Counted from the first letter of the stretch, positions 43,813-52,975 are shown. The stretch is 64,000 nt of DNA from an uncultured Actinomycetes bacterium (GCA_963731515.1 CAVSVU010000022.1:979-64978), one strand, 5' to 3'. Notes: generated from the sequence alone by a model not told the origin. Numbers and translations are program-made.

Positions 43813-45203
43813 TCGAGCGGCTGTCCAGCGGCATCGCTCCACTCGACGGGATCCTTTCGGGCGGGTTGGTCTCGAACTCGATCAACCTGGTGATCGGCGT
43901 GCCCGGGAGCGGCAAGACGATCCTGGCGCAGCGTTACGCGTTCACCAACGGCACCGTCGAGCGGCCCGCGCTGTACATCTCGACGGTCTCCGAGCCGCTG
44001 GACAAGATCGTCCGATTCGGCCAGACGCTCTCGTTCTTCGACGTCCAGGCCGTCGGCACGCGCGTCTTCTATGACGATATCGGCGATGACCTCGGCCGCG
44101 GAGGGTTGCCCGCCATCACCGAACGGATTCAGACGCTGCTGCGTGAGCGGCGACCGGGCGTCGTTGTGATCGACAGCTTCAAGGCGTTGACGCCCTACGC
44201 ATCCGACGCGCGTGACTACCGCACGTTCTTGCACAGCCTGGCGGGTGCCGTCTCGGCGATCACCGGCTCGAGCTTCTGGCTGGGCGAGTACAGCAGCGAC
44301 GAGATTGCAAGCGCGCCGGAGTTCGCCGTCGCCGACAGCGTCATCTCGCTGGGCACGCGCGCCATCGGCGATCGCTCGGAACGCGTTCTGGAGGTGCTCA
44401 AGCTGCGCGGCAGCGACTACGCGTCCGGACAGCACGGCTACCGACTGACCAGCGACGGCCTCGACGTCTTCCCACGCCTGGCCGACACGCGCGACGACAC
44501 CATCTACAGCATGGATCCCGAGCGCGTGTCCACCGGTATCCCATTGCTCGACGAGATGCTCGGCGACGGCTACTGGCCGGGCTCGACGACGCTCTGCGCC
44601 GGGCCCTCGGGAATCGGAAAGACACTGATGGGCCTGCACTTCATCACCAGCGGTGCCGCCCGAGGCGAGCCCGGCGTGATCGCCAGCCTGCAAGAGAACC
44701 CCTCCCAACTCGAGCGGGTGGCGCGCTCGTTCTCGTGGACGCTCGACGGCGTGGTCGAGGTCATGTACCGCTCGCCGGTCGACATCCAGATCGACGAGTG
44801 GATCTACGAACTGCTCGAAACGGTCGAACGGCTCGGCGCGCGGCGAGTGCTGATCGACAGCCTCGCCGACCTCCAGTTCGCATCAGGCGATCGCACCCGC
44901 TTCCGCGAATACATGTACTCGCTCACCCAGCGCTTCTCCCGCGCCGGCGTCAGCGTCTTCATGACCTCCGAACTCGCCGACCTGTTCACCGTCACCCGCC
45001 TCTCCGACCACGGCGTCTCCCACCTCTCCGACAATGTCCTGCTGCTGCAATACCTCCGCGACGGCGCCGGCATCCGCCGCGCCATCACCGTCCTCAAGAC
45101 CCGCGCCACCAAGAACGACGCCCACGTCCGCGAGTTCACGATCACCGCCGACGGCATCACCCTCGGCGACACCATCGACAGCCGTCCCTCCAACGCGACC
45201 TGA
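43809..45203 (+). CDS. KaiC-like double-domain RecA-superfamily ATPase
   Basis: Two Walker A motifs (GVPGSGKT, GPSGIGKT), VVIDS/VLIDS, VLKLRGS/VLKTRAT, ERVSTGIPLLDEMLG; GTGA overlap with the upstream regulator. Confidence 0.93.
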   Translation: MIERLSSGIAPLDGILSGGLVSNSINLVIGVPGSGKTILAQRYAFTNGTVERPALYISTVSEPLDKIVRFGQTLSFFDVQAVGTRVFYDDIGDDLGRGGLPAITERIQTLLRERRPGVVVIDSFKALTPYASDARDYRTFLHSLAGAVSAITGSSFWLGEYSSDEIASAPEFAVADSVISLGTRAIGDRSERVLEVLKLRGSDYASGQHGYRLTSDGLDVFPRLADTRDDTIYSMDPERVSTGIPLLDEMLGDGYWPGSTTLCAGPSGIGKTLMGLHFITSGAARGEPGVIASLQENPSQLERVARSFSWTLDGVVEVMYRSPVDIQIDEWIYELLETVERLGARRVLIDSLADLQFASGDRTRFREYMYSLTQRFSRAGVSVFMTSELADLFTVTRLSDHGVSHLSDNVLLLQYLRDGAGIRRAITVLKTRATKNDAHVREFTITADGITLGDTIDSRPSNAT

Positions 45204-45247
45204 GATCACGACAGCCCGCTACTGGAGCCGGATTCTGGCCGGTGCAG

Positions 45248-45336
45248 CGGAGGGGGAGGGATTCGAACCCTCGGTACGCCTAACGACGCACAACGGTTTT
45301 CGAGACCGCCGCATTCAACCACTCTGCCACCCCTCC
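45248..45336 (-). tRNA. tRNA-Ser(CGA)
   Basis: GGAGGGG/CCCCTCC acceptor stem, GCGGT-CTCGAAA-ACCGT anticodon arm, long variable arm, GAGGG-TTCGAAT-CCCTC. Confidence 0.96.
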
Positions 45337-45352
45337 GGGAGGCCGGCGCATT

Positions 45353-45459
45353 GTAGATGGTTGATCGGTACGTCCACGCGCGCCTGGACGCGCAGGCGCA
45401 TCGGATCGCGGTCAAGGGATTGCCCTTGAGATTACGGGACGCACCGATCAACCATCTAC
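45353..45459. repeat. 107-bp MITE/REPIN-like element with 23-bp terminal inverted repeats
   Basis: GTAGATGGTTGATCGGTACGTCC ... GGACGCACCGATCAACCATCTAC (1 mismatch); two internal hairpins. Confidence 0.7.
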
Positions 45460-45480
45460 TCGGATACGCTTTTGCGGCCC

Positions 45481-46650
45481 ATGGCGACCCCGGCGGCCAA
45501 CACGCCCGATCTGACCGACGAGCAGCGAGAGATCCAGGCGCTCGCGCGCGAGTTCGCTCGCTCGGAGATCCGCCCCATCGCCGCCGAGGTGGACGAGTCC
45601 GACGTGGTCTCGCCGCTCGACGTCGTGCACAGGGCGGCAGGCGTCGGCCTCACGTCCTTCATGCTGCCCGAGGAGGTCGGCGGGGGCGGGATCGGCGACG
45701 TCCTCACCGGCTGCATCGTCCAGGAGGAGCTGAACTGGGGCTGCGCCGGGATCGGCAACCTGATCACGTCGGCCGGCTTCTTCGCGCGGCCGCTGATCGA
45801 GGTGGGGACGCCGGAGCAGCGCGAGCGCTGGCTGCGGCCCCTGTGCGGCCCCCGGCCGCCCCTGACCGCGCTCGCCTCGACCGAGCCCGGCGTCGGCTCC
45901 GACGCCGCCGCGATGACGACCGCCGCCACGCGCACCGGGTCGGGCTACCGGCTCCAGGGCCAGAAGACCTGGATCTCGAACGGCGGCCTGGCCGAGTACT
46001 ACGTGATCTTCGCGACGGTCGCGCCCGGCACCGGCTCGCGCGGAGTGACGGCCTTCGTCGTCGAGAAGGGCGATGCCGGCGTCTCGTTCGGCGAGCCGAT
46101 GCGCAAGCACGGCCAGCGCGCGATCGTGTCGACGGAGGTGTTCCTGCAAGACGTCGACCTGCCCGCCGACCGGCTCCTGGGCGAGGAGGGCAAGGGCTTC
46201 TACAGCCTCATGCACACGTTCGACGAGTCGCGTGTGCACCTGGCCGCCGGCGCGATCGGGATCGCGCGCGCCGCGCTCGAGTACGCCACCGAGTACGCCC
46301 GCGAGCGGACGGCGTTCGGCAAGCCGATCGGGCACCACCAGGCCGTTGGCTTCCGGCTCGCCGACATGGCGACGCGGATCGACGCGGCCCGCCTGCTGGC
46401 GCACCGGGCCGCCCGCTCGATGGACGCCGGGCGGCACGTGCCCGCCGAGGCGGCGATGGCCAAGCTGTTCGCGTCCGAGGCCGCCACCTGGTGCACCTGG
46501 GCGGCGGTGCAGACGCTCGGCGGGTGGGGCTACTCGCGCGAGTACCCCGTCGAGAAGTGGATGCGCGATGCGAAGCTCGAGGAGATCGAGGAGGGCACGT
46601 CCGACATCCAGCGCCTGATCATCGCCCGCAGCCTCATCGGCCGGCCTTGA
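45481..46650 (+). CDS. Acyl-CoA dehydrogenase
   Basis: STEPGVGSD, GQKTWISNG, RTAFGKPI..HQAVGFRLADM, GGWGYSREYPVEKWMRDAK, EEGTSDIQR. Confidence 0.95.
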   Translation: MATPAANTPDLTDEQREIQALAREFARSEIRPIAAEVDESDVVSPLDVVHRAAGVGLTSFMLPEEVGGGGIGDVLTGCIVQEELNWGCAGIGNLITSAGFFARPLIEVGTPEQRERWLRPLCGPRPPLTALASTEPGVGSDAAAMTTAATRTGSGYRLQGQKTWISNGGLAEYYVIFATVAPGTGSRGVTAFVVEKGDAGVSFGEPMRKHGQRAIVSTEVFLQDVDLPADRLLGEEGKGFYSLMHTFDESRVHLAAGAIGIARAALEYATEYARERTAFGKPIGHHQAVGFRLADMATRIDAARLLAHRAARSMDAGRHVPAEAAMAKLFASEAATWCTWAAVQTLGGWGYSREYPVEKWMRDAKLEEIEEGTSDIQRLIIARSLIGRP

Positions 46651-47494
46651 GGACATCCGCCACGGCCTTCGCCGCCCGCAGGAACGGCTCGAGCTCCTTC
46701 CCCGCCGAGTACCAGGCGACGTAAGGCGTCATGGTCAGGTGCGGCAGGCCGAGCAGGTCCCTCCGCGGCGGCCGCTCCCACACGTTGTCGAACGCGGCCT
46801 GGACGTGCGTCGCCGCCTTCAGCGCCTCCCGGTCGACCACGGCGCCGCGGGCGGTGTTCACGAGGATGGCGCCCGGCCGCATGAGGCCGAGGCGGCGCGC
46901 GTCGATCATGCCGAGGGTGTCGTCGGTCAGCGGCGTGTGCAGCGAGACCGCGTCCGCCCACGCGAGCAGGTCGTCGAGCTCGGCGCCGCCGGGGACGAAC
47001 GGGTCGTGGTGGCGCACCTGCATGCCGAGCGCCTCCGCGCTCGCGGCCAGGCGGCGGCCGATCCGCCCGAACCCGACCACGCCGAGACGGGTGCCGGCCA
47101 GGAGTCCCAGCCCGCCGACCGACGTCCAGTCCCATGCGCCCGCCTGCACCGACCGGTCGCCGGCGATCAGCCCTCGCCGCAGCGCGACCACCATCGCGAG
47201 CGCGTGGTCTGACACCTCCTCGATGCAGTAGTCCGGCACGTTCACGACAGCGATGCCGCGGGCCTCGGCGGCGTCCATCGCGATGTGGTCCGTGCCCACG
47301 CTGGCGGTCGCGATCAGGCGCAGGTCGGGCGCGCCCGCGATGTCGCCGGCGCCCACCGGCACCTCCGGCGAGACGACGATCGCGACGACGCCCTCGCCGG
47401 CGTCGGCGACCCGTCCGATCTCGGCCTGCGGCAGGATCTCCCGCGCCGTGGCGAGCGGGAACTCGGGATCGCAGATCAGCACCCGGACGTCCAT
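46634..47494 (-). CDS. D-2-hydroxyacid dehydrogenase family (CtBP-like)
   Basis: VNVPDYCIEEVSDH, VGFGRIG, SLHTPLT, VNTARG; catalytic His region reads TPYVAWYS. Confidence 0.9.
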   Translation of the reverse strand: MDVRVLICDPEFPLATAREILPQAEIGRVADAGEGVVAIVVSPEVPVGAGDIAGAPDLRLIATASVGTDHIAMDAAEARGIAVVNVPDYCIEEVSDHALAMVVALRRGLIAGDRSVQAGAWDWTSVGGLGLLAGTRLGVVGFGRIGRRLAASAEALGMQVRHHDPFVPGGAELDDLLAWADAVSLHTPLTDDTLGMIDARRLGLMRPGAILVNTARGAVVDREALKAATHVQAAFDNVWERPPRRDLLGLPHLTMTPYVAWYSAGKELEPFLRAAKAVADVLKAGR

Positions 47495-47552
47495 CGCCCG
47501 ATCCTACCGCCGCCCCGCTCAAGAATGACCTCGCCCTGCCGATCCCCCGGGC

Positions 47553-49115
47553 GTGAGGCTGAATCGTCGTGGGCTGCTCGTGGGCGCGGCCGGCATGGTG
47601 GCGCAGACCAACCTGCTGGCGGCGGCGCTCGCCCATGCCGCGCCCCGGCCGTCCTACGCCTGGCGCAAGGGCGCGATGGACGGCGGCGGCTACTGCAACG
47701 CCATGGCGACCGACCCGCTCCAGCCCGGCCATGCGGCCGCGGCCGGCGACGTCTGGGGCGAGTTCGCGACCCGCACGGGCGGCGACCTGTGGTACCCGAC
47801 CATGACCGGCGCGACGTCGATCGGCGCGATCTACGGCCGCGCGGTCGCGTACTCCCGCAAGACCCCGGGCCTGCGCTACTTCGGGATCGGCGTCCTCAAG
47901 GACGCGTGGGCACAGGGTTACCTGGGCGTCGTGGGGCCGAACTCGCTCACCCTCGAGCGGCGCAACCCGAGCGTCGGCTTCTCGACCTATCTGCCACACG
48001 GCACCGCCGGGGACGTTCCCCGGGCGGTCGGCAACCTGATCGCCGTCGACTACGACGCCGCCTCCGGCAGGGAGTACCTCTACCTGCTGACGCGCCAGGG
48101 GCTCATGCGCTCGCAGGACGGCGGCGTCACGCTGCGCCCGCTCGGCCTCCCCGCCGTCGCGCCGCAGCTGGCCTGGTCGGCCCTCTGCGTCTGCCCCGAC
48201 GGGTCGCTGCTCGCGGCCAGCTTCCGCACGAGCGACCGATCCGGCTCTCAGGTGTGGCGGATAACGAACCCTCGCGGCACGGCCACGGTGGCGCCCGTCC
48301 CAGGGGCGCCTGCCGTGGTCGAGGACATCGCCGTCGTCGACGGCGTCGTCTACGCGGCCTGCGGCCCGTTCGGGCTCTACCGCATCGGCGCTTCGGGCAC
48401 GTGGACGGCGCTCGCGCCGGCGACGTTCCACGGGTGCCACCTCTCGTCGGTCACAGGCCACGGCGGCGTGCTCTGGGCCGGCAACGGAATCGGGATGCAC
48501 GACCACCGCTACATCGCGAAGTCGACGAACGCCGGCCGCACCTTCACCTGGACGACGAAGCCCGCCAACGTCTCCTACGCCGTGATGGGGGCGAACCGGA
48601 GCTGGTGGCTGGAGTCGTCCTGGCCCGGCCTCGACAAGCACGGCTACTCGGTCAGCCAGCTGGCCGTCGATCCGGTGAACCCGAACATCTGCTACTCGGC
48701 CGGGCGCAGCGGCATCGTCGCAACGCGCGACGGCGGCAAGACCTGGCGGCCGGCGATGAACGGGCTCGACGGCTCCGAGATCATCCAGGTGCAGGCCGGG
48801 CCGCGGACGGGCGAGGCGTGGGCGACCGACACCGACTGGAAGGGCATCCACACGCTCGACCACTGGCAGACCTGCCGGCAGGTGCCGCATGAGGTGCCGC
48901 GGCTGCACCCGCCGTCGCTCGTGCGCAACCGCAACGGCGTCCGCTACGAGGTGTCGCTCGCCAACCCGCGGCGCATGCTCGTCGGCGGCGTCGACGTCGC
49001 CACGGACTACTTCCGCTCCGCATGCGTCAACCCGAGCGACCTGGCCGTCTCGGGCGACCGCCGCATCTACGTCGGCCTCTACGGCGGCGGCGTGCTGGTC
49101 GGCCAGCCGCACTGA
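47553..49115 (+). CDS. Tat-exported BNR-repeat beta-propeller protein
   Basis: LNRRGLL Tat signal; SQDGG, STNAGRTF, TRDGGKTW Asp-boxes. Confidence 0.8.
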   Translation: MRLNRRGLLVGAAGMVAQTNLLAAALAHAAPRPSYAWRKGAMDGGGYCNAMATDPLQPGHAAAAGDVWGEFATRTGGDLWYPTMTGATSIGAIYGRAVAYSRKTPGLRYFGIGVLKDAWAQGYLGVVGPNSLTLERRNPSVGFSTYLPHGTAGDVPRAVGNLIAVDYDAASGREYLYLLTRQGLMRSQDGGVTLRPLGLPAVAPQLAWSALCVCPDGSLLAASFRTSDRSGSQVWRITNPRGTATVAPVPGAPAVVEDIAVVDGVVYAACGPFGLYRIGASGTWTALAPATFHGCHLSSVTGHGGVLWAGNGIGMHDHRYIAKSTNAGRTFTWTTKPANVSYAVMGANRSWWLESSWPGLDKHGYSVSQLAVDPVNPNICYSAGRSGIVATRDGGKTWRPAMNGLDGSEIIQVQAGPRTGEAWATDTDWKGIHTLDHWQTCRQVPHEVPRLHPPSLVRNRNGVRYEVSLANPRRMLVGGVDVATDYFRSACVNPSDLAVSGDRRIYVGLYGGGVLVGQPH

Positions 49116-49308
49116 CCCGGAAATCGGGGACTGTCCCCGACGACCGGGGACAGTCCCCACCCCGTCCCGCGTCTTTGCGCGTCCGGCGTCCGGGAGAGCA
49201 TGTGCTGGTCGGCCGGCCGCACTGACCGGGACAGTCCCCGTCCCGTCAGCGGCGCTTCTCGGTGAACGCGGTCACCGCGTCTTGCGCGTCCGGCGTCCCG
49301 GCCAGCAT
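49092..49308. repeat. Degenerate tandem duplication (about 110 bp) containing REP-like palindromes
   Basis: Units 49092-49201 and 49202-49308 share GTGCTGGTCGGCCRGCCGCACTGACC and CGCGTCTT(T)GCGCGTCCGGCGTCC..AGCAT. Confidence 0.75.
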
Positions 49309-50007
49309 GCCGTAGGCGAGCTGCTCCATCAGGATGGCCGCCTCGCGCGACGACTCCGCCGCCAGGTCGATCGTCGCCTTCGCCGTCCGCAGCGCGAGCG
49401 GCGGCAGCGCGGCCAGCTCGGCGGCGATCTCGAGCGCGCGGGCGAGCGCGTCGCCGGCCACCTCCGCCACGAGGCCGATCGCGCGCGCCTCGGCGGCGTC
49501 GAAGCGGCGCCCGCGCAGGATCAGCTCCTTCGCCCGGGCCGGCCCGACGGCGCGGGTGAGCCGCAGCACGCCGCCCGAGCTCGGGATGATCCCGAGGCCC
49601 ACCTCGGGCAGGCCGAAGTCCGCGGAGGCGTCCGCGATGCGGATGTCGGTCGCGAGCGCCAGCTCCAGGCCGCCGCCGAGGCAGTAGCCCGCGATCGCGC
49701 TCAGCGTGGGCTGCGGGAGCCGCGCGATCCGCTCGTACACCCCGCCGGTGCCGGCGTAGTAGGCGGCGACGGAGGCGGCGTCGGCGTCGCGGAACTCGGT
49801 CACGTCGGCGCCGGCCGAGAACGCCCGCGCCCCGCCGGTGAAGACGACGCAGCGGCTCTCGCGCACCTGCGCGCTTGCGACGGCAGCGTCCAGCCGCTCC
49901 TCCATCACGGTCGAGAGCGCGTTCAGCTTGCGCTCGCGCCGCAGCTCGACGACGGCGACCGCGCCCTCGCGGCGGACGGAGACGGTCTCCTCGTCCGCCG
50001 CGCCCAC
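49246..50007 (-). CDS. Enoyl-CoA hydratase/isomerase
   Basis: KLNALS, AFSAGADV, GYCLGGGLELALATDIRIA, FGLPEVGLG. Confidence 0.93.
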   Translation of the reverse strand: MGAADEETVSVRREGAVAVVELRRERKLNALSTVMEERLDAAVASAQVRESRCVVFTGGARAFSAGADVTEFRDADAASVAAYYAGTGGVYERIARLPQPTLSAIAGYCLGGGLELALATDIRIADASADFGLPEVGLGIIPSSGGVLRLTRAVGPARAKELILRGRRFDAAEARAIGLVAEVAGDALARALEIAAELAALPPLALRTAKATIDLAAESSREAAILMEQLAYGMLAGTPDAQDAVTAFTEKRR

Positions 50008-50011
50008 GCCG

Positions 50012-51127
50012 CTAGACCGGCTCGACGGCTTCTTCGTCGAGCTTGGCGAGGGCGGCGCCGGTATCGGTCAGCACCCGCAGCGCCTCGGGCGGCAGGTAGG
50101 CCTGGACGGGCGTCCCCTGCTTCCACGGGATGTCTTCGCCGACGTTCTGCACCAGCACCTGGATCGTCGTGCCGATGGCGAGCCGGGTGATCACCTGCAC
50201 CGAGTTGCCCAGATAGACCAGCCGCTCGACCATGCCGGGGATCCGGTTCGGGCCGCTCACGTCCTGCTCCTCGAGCCGTACGCGCTCCGGCCGGATCGTG
50301 ACCTTGCTCGGCCCGCGTGCGTCGGTCTTGCCCCTGAGCGCGTCGAGCTCGAAGTCGCCCACCATCAGCCGGCAGATGTTCGCGCCGCCGACGGCTTCGG
50401 CGTCCATCAGGTTGGAGACGCCCAGGAAGTCGGCCACGAAGACGGTCTCCGGGGCCTCGTACACCTCCTGGGGCGGCCCGATCTGCTCGACCTTGCCGTC
50501 GGCCATGACCGCGATCCGGTCGCTCATCGTGAGCGCCTCCTCCTGGTCATGGGTGACGTAGACGAACGTGATCCCGACCTGCTGCTGCAGCGACTTGAGC
50601 TCGATCTGGAGCGCCTTTCGCAGCTTCGCGTCGAGGGCGCCGAGGGGCTCGTCGAGCAGCAGCACCGCCGGCTTCAGGACGAGTGCCCGCGCGAGCGCGA
50701 CCCGCTGCTGCTGGCCGCCGGACATCTGCCCCGGCTTGCGCTTCTCGAACCCCGAGAGCTGGACGAGCTCGAGCGCCTCGCCGACCCGCTGACGCACCTC
50801 CTGCTTGCCGACCTTCTGCCGGCGCAGGCCGAACGCGACGTTGTCGGCCACGTTCAGGTGCGGGAAGAGCGCGTAGTTCTGGAAGACGGTGTTGACGTTG
50901 CGCTTGTGCGGCGGCGTGTAGGCCATGTCGGTGCCGTCGAGCAGGATCCTGCCCTCGGTGGGCTGCTCGAACCCGGCGATCATCCGCAGCGTCGTGGTCT
51001 TGCCGCAGCCGGACGGCCCGAGCATCGAGAAGAACTCGCCGCTCGGCATGTCGACGTCGATCCCCGCGACGGCCGCGACGTCGCCGAATCTCTTCACCAG
51101 ACCGACGAGTGAGACTTCTCCAGCCAT
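50012..51127 (-). CDS. potA: Polyamine-type ABC transporter ATP-binding subunit
   Basis: GPSGCGKTT, RNVNTVFQNYALFPHL, MSGGQQQR, LLLDEPLGALD, TOBE-like tail. Confidence 0.92.
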   Translation of the reverse strand: MAGEVSLVGLVKRFGDVAAVAGIDVDMPSGEFFSMLGPSGCGKTTTLRMIAGFEQPTEGRILLDGTDMAYTPPHKRNVNTVFQNYALFPHLNVADNVAFGLRRQKVGKQEVRQRVGEALELVQLSGFEKRKPGQMSGGQQQRVALARALVLKPAVLLLDEPLGALDAKLRKALQIELKSLQQQVGITFVYVTHDQEEALTMSDRIAVMADGKVEQIGPPQEVYEAPETVFVADFLGVSNLMDAEAVGGANICRLMVGDFELDALRGKTDARGPSKVTIRPERVRLEEQDVSGPNRIPGMVERLVYLGNSVQVITRLAIGTTIQVLVQNVGEDIPWKQGTPVQAYLPPEALRVLTDTGAALAKLDEEAVEPV

Positions 51128-51149
51128 CCTCAATCCACCCTACCAATCA

Positions 51150-52085
51150 TCAGATGTCGAACGCCGCCATGTCGCCGACCATCCCCTGGCCCGCGGCGCG
51201 CTCGCCGCGCGTGAAGACGCGGTAGCCGACGTAGCCGAGGACGACCGATGCGAGGGTGATCAGGGAGAGGATCGTCGCGATCGCGTTGGTCGACGGCAGT
51301 GGCGCCGCACGCGTGGCGGCGTAGATCGCCATCGGCACGGTCGTCGTGTTGCCGCCGCTCGAGAGCCAGTACGAGATCACGAAGTCGTCGATCGAGATGG
51401 CGAAGCAGATCGCCGCGCCGGCCACGATCGCCGGCGTGAGCAGCGGCAGCAGCACCTTCGTGAGCGCCACGCGCGGCGGCGCGCCCAGGTCGGCCGCCGC
51501 CTCCTCGTACTGTCTCCCGATCGAGAACAGGCGCCCGCGTACGATCACCACCACGTAGGAGATCGAGAAGGTGACGTGGCCCAGGATCTGGGCGAATGTG
51601 CCCGTGTGGATGAACGTGAAGAGGTTCGTGAACACGAGCAGGAGCGACACGCCCATCACGATCTCCGGGGTCACCAGCGGGAACAGCATGATGAAGTTGG
51701 ACGTCCCCGAGCCGCGCCCCTGCCATCGGGCCAGGCCGAGTGCGAGCAGCACGCCGATCGGCGTCGCGATGATCACGTCGGCGGCCGCCAGCTTGAGACT
51801 CTGCTGGAGCGCGGACGACAGGCCGGGATCGTTGATGACGGAGCTCGGGTCGCTGATGTACCAGCGGGTCGAGAAGCCGGCCCAGATCGTCCGCGAGCGG
51901 CTGTTGTTGAACGAGTACTGCACCGCGATGAGCACGGGGACGATCGCCCAGATCATGTACACCCAGGTGATGAGCGCCAGGAAGCGCGGCCGGCCCCACG
52001 GGTTCGCGAACCAGGAGCGGATGCGGCGCAGGGTTGAGGGCCTCGCGGGTGCGGTGGCCGGAGCTGCCGGGGTCGTTGTCGTCAT
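51150..52085 (-). CDS. potC: Polyamine-type ABC transporter permease
   Basis: YSFN, GFSTRWY, PEIVMG, EEAAADLGA, SIDDFVIS. Confidence 0.88.
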   Translation of the reverse strand: MTTTTPAAPATAPARPSTLRRIRSWFANPWGRPRFLALITWVYMIWAIVPVLIAVQYSFNNSRSRTIWAGFSTRWYISDPSSVINDPGLSSALQQSLKLAAADVIIATPIGVLLALGLARWQGRGSGTSNFIMLFPLVTPEIVMGVSLLLVFTNLFTFIHTGTFAQILGHVTFSISYVVVIVRGRLFSIGRQYEEAAADLGAPPRVALTKVLLPLLTPAIVAGAAICFAISIDDFVISYWLSSGGNTTTVPMAIYAATRAAPLPSTNAIATILSLITLASVVLGYVGYRVFTRGERAAGQGMVGDMAAFDI

Positions 52086-52972
52086 GCCCGCTGCTCCTTC
52101 GTCGCGCGGGCGACCGTGACCATGTAGTAGGCCATCAGCACCACCAGGAACAGCGACAGGATCAGCGTCAGCGCCGCACCGATCGTCGGCTGCGAGGTGT
52201 AGTGGAAGTAGAGGTCGATCTGGTTCCCGAGCATCGACGTCGTCGGTGCGCCGGACACGATGTTCGGGGTGTAGTAGTCGCCGAACATCGGCAGCGCGAC
52301 CAGCACGCACCCGCCCAGAATGCCGGTCTTCGAGAGCGGCAGGGTCACGTGCAGGAAGGTGCGGAACGGGCTCGCGCCGAGGTCACGGGCCGCCTCGAGG
52401 AAGCTCTTGTCGATCCGGTCGAGCGAGGCGTACAGGGGCAGGATGAAGAAGGGGATGTAGCCGTAGATGAGCGCGAAGATCACGGTGATCGGGCGCCCGT
52501 CGAGCCATCCGTACGGCGTGCTGATGACGTGGCTCCACATCAGGAACCGGTTCACGTAGCCGTCCGGGGCGAGCAGGTTCACCCATGCCAGCATCCGCAT
52601 CAGGTAGCTGATCCAGAGCGGCAGGATGAGGAGGATCAGGAGCAGGCTCTTCGTCCGCGACGCGTGGCGGGCGATGTAGTAGGCGACCGGGTAGCCGATC
52701 GCGATGCACATCCCGACGGAGAGGACCACGTACTCGCACGTCCGCACGAACACGACCCACAGGTCACCACCGGGCCGCAGGCGGGTGAGCGCCTCGTTCA
52801 CCCAGCCGACGTTCCACTGGAGCGGGTTCCAGATCGGCTCCGGCGTGAGCAGCGTCGGGTTGACCTGCCCGAACGCGACCGCTGTCACCGCATAGAACGG
52901 GATGATGAAGAGGAGGATCAGCCAGACGACCCCCGGAAGCGCAAACCCTCGCCAGAGCCAGCGTGGATACAT
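52082..52972 (-). CDS. potB: Polyamine-type ABC transporter permease
   Basis: IGYPVAYY, PLWISYLMR, LEAARDLGA, LPLSKTG. Confidence 0.88.
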   Translation of the reverse strand: MYPRWLWRGFALPGVVWLILLFIIPFYAVTAVAFGQVNPTLLTPEPIWNPLQWNVGWVNEALTRLRPGGDLWVVFVRTCEYVVLSVGMCIAIGYPVAYYIARHASRTKSLLLILLILPLWISYLMRMLAWVNLLAPDGYVNRFLMWSHVISTPYGWLDGRPITVIFALIYGYIPFFILPLYASLDRIDKSFLEAARDLGASPFRTFLHVTLPLSKTGILGGCVLVALPMFGDYYTPNIVSGAPTTSMLGNQIDLYFHYTSQPTIGAALTLILSLFLVVLMAYYMVTVARATKEQRA

Positions 52973-52975
52973 TGT

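Noticed and set aside
43809-45203. A bona fide circadian clock kaiC
   Set aside because: No kaiA or kaiB in the window, the T432 equivalent is His, and the KaiA-binding tail is missing; called KaiC-like only
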